DNA from: the human T2T-CHM13v2.0 reference genome, Homo sapiens
Assembly: GCF_009914755.1 (NCBI RefSeq)
Contig: NC_060940.1
Length of the DNA: 64,000 nt
Strand: one strand, 5' to 3'
The notes below the pieces were generated by a model. It did not search any database and had not been told where the DNA came from. It saw only the letters and a program-made list of their open reading frames with translations. A program made the position numbers and the translations under genes. This document shows positions 23,610-64,000 of the stretch, piece after piece (position 1 is the stretch's first letter; each line of letters starts with the position of its first letter).

Positions 23610-24040
23610 TCTACCTGTGTGGTCTTGGGCAAATTACCTAACCTCTGTGCCTCAGTTTCCTTCTCTGTGAAATGGGCCAAGTAATAGCACCTCATATAAC
23701 TGTAGTGAGGATTAAATCAGGTAGTGTGTGAAAAGGACTGAGTGGGATGCCTGGGAGTACAGAAAGGGATCAATAAGTGATAGCTGCCATTATTGCTGCT
23801 TTCCCTGCTGCTGTTATTATTATTAATGATTGAAGAGCAGCCTAGTTAGTCGTTAAAGGGACTCCTAGGTGCAAATCCCAGCTCAGCCACTTTCTAGTGT
23901 GACCTTGGGCAAGCTACTTAACCTGTCAGCGTCTGTTTCATTTGTACAATGGAGGTGGTTGTGATACCTACCTCAGACGATTATCGTGAAAATTAAATGA
24001 GGTGACAGCTGCAAAGTACTTAGAAGAGTAAGTGCTGGGT
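23610..24040. mobile_element. Two MIR fragments in intron 1
   Basis: TGTGACCTTGGGCAAG...CTCAGTTTCC..CTGTGAAATGGG core. Confidence 0.7.
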
Positions 24041-26272
24041 ATCAGCTAGTAATTCTTCCACCAAGGGTATCACATTGGCTCAGGCTGCATAATCTAATGG
24101 TAGCTACAGTCTTGTTTTGCTTTGAAGTTGAAATATTATTTATATGAATATTTTATCTGTTTTGCAAAGAGCAAGATCAGTTCCCTTCCTTCACTTGGGG
24201 GCTCCTCTGACATTGTCGACTGATCCATTGGGGTCAAGGTCGGTTCTGGGGAAGGGGCTGATGGGGCAGAGGTACCCCTGAGAGCTGGGGATAGGAGCTT
24301 CCAGAATCACAGCTTCTGTTGAACATTCACAGAGGAGGGCTGCAGTTTTATTTGACAAGCAATTGAACCTGGACCTAGATTTTAAAAACAAACTCTCGCT
24401 AATTTTTTTCTTTCTTTCCTTCTTCTTTATTTCATTTTTTATTTTTTTGGATTGTAGTGAGGGAGGAGGTAAGGATAGGCAATATTTTAAGTGATAAAAA
24501 AATAAATTATATTCCTCTTGCCCAGAGGCTACTAGCATCATTTTGATGGTGTTCTTCATCCCAGCAAAATCATATCAATCTATGGAGGGTTTAGAGCAGT
24601 TTGTCTGCTCTGGACATCTCACCTCCATGCCCAGCACTCCATTTCCTTTCCATCTGAGGCCTTAAACCCACTAGCATCATAAGCTTGGAAGCCTCCTAGC
24701 TTTGCCCCAGCTTCCAATTTTAGCCCATATTTCATGGGTTCAGGGTGGGAAAAAAAGACATAACTCTGCAGGTTCCGAATACTGCCTAAAAATCTTGATG
24801 GGGCACATCGAAGTCACAGACATGGGTCCTCTCTGGTCCTGGGGACCACCCTGTATGCCCTAGGATATGTCCTAATTTGCCTTTGTCACTGTAGAAGGCA
24901 TAGGACGACACAGTTTTCATATATCCCCCACCCCCAATACTAGTGCTCACAAGTCTTGGGAAGTGGTCATGTGCACTGTTCAGAGTTTGGAAATTAAATA
25001 GCTGTGTTCCTTCTCTTTCCTCCTACCTTTAGTTCTTGGTATTGTTAATTAACTCCCTGCACCCAGCGTACTACCAGGCCCCTCAAAGGCGTATGCCATA
25101 GCGGTGAAGGCTGCAGGGTTCCATCCAGCTCCTCCACTAACCAGCTGCATCATCTTACACAAGATATTCAACCTCTCTGAGCCCATTTTTCTCCTCTGTA
25201 ACATGGATATAATAATAGCATGCCTACTTCATGGAATTATTGAAACACAAAAGGAAATATATGTAGGCTATGTGTATATTTATAGAGAGAGACAAATTTA
25301 CTTATGAGACTAATGAGACTATATATTATAAACATGAAATGAGTTTTTATGTAGTATATTAGTTCATTTCTAAAATTATTTCTCATTGTAAAGTTTGTAT
25401 AGTTGAGATGCATCGTGCACATTGATGAATGTGATAATTTGCCTTCCAATACTGGTACTCTCCCCCAAAGCTGTTATTAAATCAAGGGCATTCTCTAAAT
25501 TAATGGTATCTTAGAATCAAGGAAATATGGCACAATGCCTGGCAAACACTAAGTGGCCAATAGTTGCAGGTTATTGTTACATCAGGTGATCTAGAAACAT
25601 TAAGAGCTTGACTGTAAAGAGAAGAAACAAAAGAGAAATCGTTTCACTTATAATAAAGCCTCAGAGAAAAGGCTGGGGAAAATGCAGCCAGGAACATGAT
25701 CTAAGGTGGCTGCCGGGAAATTTTCTTGGCAGATTTCATCTGTCAGTTACAATCTGCCGAGCACTGCTCTGTGCCAGACACTGTGCTAGGAACCAGGGGG
25801 CATAATGAGATAGGAATGCTGCCCTTGAGGAAGGCGGGCTACTGGAGGTGATAAGGCACGGGTACCCCTGCCTGATAAGAGAGCTGATGGGGCTGCTTCC
25901 AGAGTTCCTGCCCAGGAACCCGGGGAAAGGTCCTGCAGCCTGTCCAGCCAGCGCTTCGCAGGTTGCACCTCACCCAGCCCCCGCACGGCTAGGCCTGGGG
26001 GCCGTAAGAGAAGTAGGCAGCTTCTCTGGCAGCTGTGGTGGCCAAAAACAAACGTCCCGTGGAAAAGGGGCCAAGGATTCAGAATGCAAAGTGCCTAAGC
26101 CACAGAGGAACAGAGGAAGGAGGTCTCTAAGGGCGCATGGACTGGTGTTTCCCAGACTGTGGTCTCCAGGGACACACTAGCCGGCTAGTGCCTGCCAGCT
26201 CACCTGCTTCTCTTCTTTGCCCCTCCAGCACGCCCGTCCTCAGAGTCCCGTCCTCAAAGTCCCATCCTCGCC

Positions 26273-55467
<29,195 letters not shown>

Positions 55468-55964
55468 GGCAGGGTTGAGAAGACAGATCTAGTCAGGACC
55501 ACCAGCCATGGTCTAAGGACATGGATCGGGTGCCCCCAGACGTGTGCACAGGGGACCCTCTGCCCCACTCTGGGCTTTTCAGATACTCTGACCAAAAAGC
55601 CTGCTTTAAACCGCAAGATGGGGCCGGGGCATGCGCAGGAGGAGCCATCGGGTACTACGCAGCAACACTCACAACTGTCCAGGCTGAGATAAATCCCGGG
55701 ACTTGAACTATTAGCACGTCACTAGAGACTGGGAACCGAGGCAGTGGTGCTGGCCCAAGTGAAGGCCAGAGTGAGGACTGATGCAGCTCTTTACGGGTCT
55801 TGAGAGGGAAGGACTCTTCCAAAGCCCCAAAGCCGAGGGTTTCACCCACACTGCCAGCCTGGGTTGGGGCCCAAGGATGTGACCTTGAGTGTCAAGGCTG
55901 GACAGCTACTGCCAGATGCCAAAGATAGGAGAAAGTGCCAGCCCTGAAGCTGGAGCCGTTTGTG

Positions 55965-55970
55965 AATAAA
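55965..55970 (+). terminator. Candidate proximal polyadenylation signal
   Basis: AATAAA ~500 nt after stop. Confidence 0.4.
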
Positions 55971-56558
55971 CTGTTCTTCATCATTGACACTGGAGAAAGG
56001 TGTCCTCCATGCCCTCAGGCAGCAGAGAACTGGCCCAGGGCCCTTGGAGTGTTGGTGGAGATCAGAGTGCCGAGGTGGAGGTCTGGGACTATGTCAGAGT
56101 GTCCTCACTTTGGGGCATGGGTGGGCCCAGGAGATGGATTTGGTTATTCAATTTTGTGGATGAATAAATTGAGGCACAGAAAGATTAAGTTACCGGCCCA
56201 AGGTGACACAGTGAGGAGGTGGCAGAGCTAGGATTTGAACCCAGACAATCTGACTCTATGATTTTGCATCCAATTCGTGTCTGTGCCTTTTAAAGGGTGA
56301 GGTCTGTGTCACTTTGGGTGGGGAGGGGGAGCATGGTGGGCCATGCTCTGGGCAGCTGTTCCAAGACAGAGCTGACCCTTCCATTACCAATGGCCTGTCC
56401 CTCACCAACAAGCCAACTGCCACAGATGACCCACTTCATACCACATTCACATCTTTCCACCTGAAATGGCTAACAGGTATTAAATCCTTGGTTGGTGTTT
56501 AAAGCCAACCCAAGAACAGGGTGTTAGGTACTGTTTTAAGCACCTAGATAGGTTAGCA

Positions 56559-57020
<462 letters not shown>

Positions 57021-58069
57021 GATGAGCACATTCAATGGGTATGATTATCCCATTTTGTGGATGAAGAGACTGAGGCATAAAAGATTAAGTTACTTGCCCA
57101 AGGTGACACAGCTAAGAGGTTGCAGAGCTAGGATTTGACCCCAGACAGTCTGACACCAGAGCTGGTGCCTTTTATCACTCCATTATTTTGCAGCCATTCT
57201 GGTCTGTACCTCTTAAGAGTGAGTCCGATGTCATTTTGGGTAGGAAGAGGGAGAGGCTAAATACCCTGGCTCTAGGGCTAAAGGAAGTCCTTCATCCATG
57301 GGTGGGGAAGGTCCACATTTCAGGACTAATCCCTTCATGAGAATGGCTGCTAGTAAGGGCAAGAGTCTTGGTAAAAGAGAGGGGCTGTAGGGACCCTGTC
57401 TGGACCTGGGCATCCCTGGTCCAACTCAACCCCAGGCCTGTGGCTAGAGTAAGCCTCTGCTCTATCTGGTGTTTCCACCAGACCTTATAGGGCAGGGCAT
57501 TGCCAGGAGGCATGCCAGCCAGCAAGGAGGAGGTCATAGAGACCCCAGACTGGAGGGAGCTCCCCTGTGAAGTGGGCTCAGGAGCCAGGCCCATGCAGGT
57601 GAGGATTGGGCTACAGAGGCCGTGAGCCTGGCTTTCGTCCATGCTGGGCTCTGGCGGTTGTAGCCGGTGCCGACAGGGAACTTGCAGCTGATGTCTACCT
57701 GAGCACAGCACAGACAGGAGCTTCCTCCTCCTCCCCAGTGGTGGGGGCAGGAGGTGCCCTCAGATTCGTGGAATTGGCCAGCCTCTGCCTGATGGAGGAA
57801 CACTTCTAGTAGGCTTGTCAAAGGCAAGGCCACGAGAATCCAAAGCCAACAGCTGCTCAACTCCCCCCAAGCACACAGGCGTGCACACCCAGCAAACTCC
57901 AGCTGTCTCCATTCTTGTTTGGCTCTTGCAGTGCCCAGCATCGCCTTCCCTCCTTCTCCACTTCACTCTTCCAGGCCAGCTGCAAATGTCAGCACCTCTG
58001 TAAAGTTTTCCCTGACCCTCTTCCCTTGCCCCAAGAAGTTGGAGCTTCCACCATTACACAACTTTCACC

Positions 58070-58240
58070 CATATATATATATATAATATATATAATATAT
58101 ATTATATTATATTTTATTATATATTATATATATAATATATTATATATTATATATTATATATATTTTATATATATATACGTATATATATACGTATATATAT
58201 ACATATATATATATATGTATATATATACGTATATATATAT
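58070..58240. repeat. AT-rich (TA)n low-complexity tract
   Basis: Direct reading. Confidence 0.95.
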
Positions 58241-58247
58241 GAAACAG

Positions 58248-62790
<4,543 letters not shown>

Positions 62791-63914
62791 TATGTGATTA
62801 AAAAAATACAAAATCCAAAAACTAAATTTATTTAAATGAAAAGAGAGCGAGTTGACCTAATGAAAAATAATAAGTGAAATTATAAAGAAAAGCAAGATGC
62901 ACTGAGCACAGTTAGAAGAGCATAGTTCTAACTGAGCAAGTTAGAAGAGCAGAAACTTCTGGCCTGGGGCTGGGGTAGTGGAGAAGAAAGTAGAAGTGAC
63001 TAGAGGTACACAGGGCATTTGGAAAACTTGGTAGCAAGGAGCTATTTCTCACCTGAAGTGGCAGTAGAAACCCACTTGTTTGCTTTGCTTTTTTTGTTTG
63101 TTTGTTTCACTCCAGGGTAGAGTGAGTACAATGGCATGATCACAGCTCACTGCAGCCTTGACTTCCCAGACTCAGGTGATTCTCCCATCTCTGCCTCCCA
63201 ATGGCTACAGTGAGTATGCTCATGCCACTGCACTCCAGCTTGGGTGACAAAGCAAAACCTTGTCTTAGAAAAAAATCTTAGAAAAGAAAGAAAATGATGA
63301 GTGGGTGTTAACACAGGTGTTGCATGGATGTTCACAACACATCCTAAAAGCAACCTAGCATTCAAAGAAATGTCCCCAAGGTGCAAATATCTTTCTGGCT
63401 CTGTCCCCTCCTCCATAGAGGCATCCCCAAGAAATGATCGGCCTGGCATTCCCCAGGGTGGCTGCCCTGGGAATGTCCCCTCCAGGCCTACCTCTGGCTC
63501 ACGCAGCCACCACTACCTCCTAGGAAACGGAGGAACAGTTCTAGCTCCTTCGCTCCCAAGGCAGGACAGGCCCAGGGTGGAGAAGGGGTCTGGATCAGCA
63601 GGATTCCCGAGACATGTGCTCTAATTGCGGGCTGCAGACTGAAGGTGCCCCATTGTGCCCAGCTGCAAGCTGGAAGGAGCAGCAGGAGGAGGTGAAACAG
63701 AACTGATTGTTAAAACGCTCCTTCGCCCTCCTCCAGGAACATTCCCAGGGGAATCTTCCCAGCCTCATCTGCTCATACCTCTGGCCAGATGGGCAGGTGT
63801 TTGTCTGACAAACTCTGTTGTTCAACAGCTCTCTTTGTTAAATGATTGCATGTACTCAGGGATCTGACAGTTGTCTTTTGTTCTTTTTTAACAACAGTAT
63901 TATTGTTATTATTA

Positions 63915-64000
63915 TTTGAGACAGGGTCTCACTCTGTCACCCAGGCTGGAGTGCAATGTCACCATCATAGTTCACTGTAGCCCCAACCTCCCAGGCTCAA
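63915..64000 (-). mobile_element. Alu, truncated by window edge
   Basis: GAGACAGGGTCTCACTCTGTCACCCAGGCTGGAGTGC. Confidence 0.85.

Overview
Human (primate) genomic DNA containing the complete SCNN1G gene (gamma subunit of the amiloride-sensitive epithelial Na+ channel, ENaC; chr16p12) on the + strand. It has a TATA-less CpG-island promoter (~22.3-23.5 kb), non-coding exon 1 (ends 22814) and 12 coding exons (ATG 26273, stop 55467). The exons splice with GT-AG junctions to 1950 nt / 649 aa, retaining the HG motif, furin RKRR138, RKRK181, the inhibitory tract, the S-C-S filter and the PPPKY motif. The 3' UTR has three AATAAA hexamers. The rest is repeat-dense (~55 Alu copies or fragments, L1, L2, MIR, ERV LTRs, MLT1, MER DNA transposons, microsatellites); almost all ORFs in the supplied track are Alu or low-complexity artefacts. 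The most unusual structures are: (1) an inverted duplication in intron 5 carrying 12 forkhead-like motifs phased at ~10.5 bp; (2) a spliced upstream ORF overlapping the SCNN1G start, depending on TSS choice; (3) a 5'-tailed mirtron-like hairpin competing with a G-quadruplex in the 80-nt intron 9; (4) an upstream inverted templated duplication that later received an Alu and a retrocopied mRNA 3' end; (5) 3' UTR poly(A) signals lying inside transposon sequence. Repeat subfamily names and dbSNP alleles are from recall and need checking.
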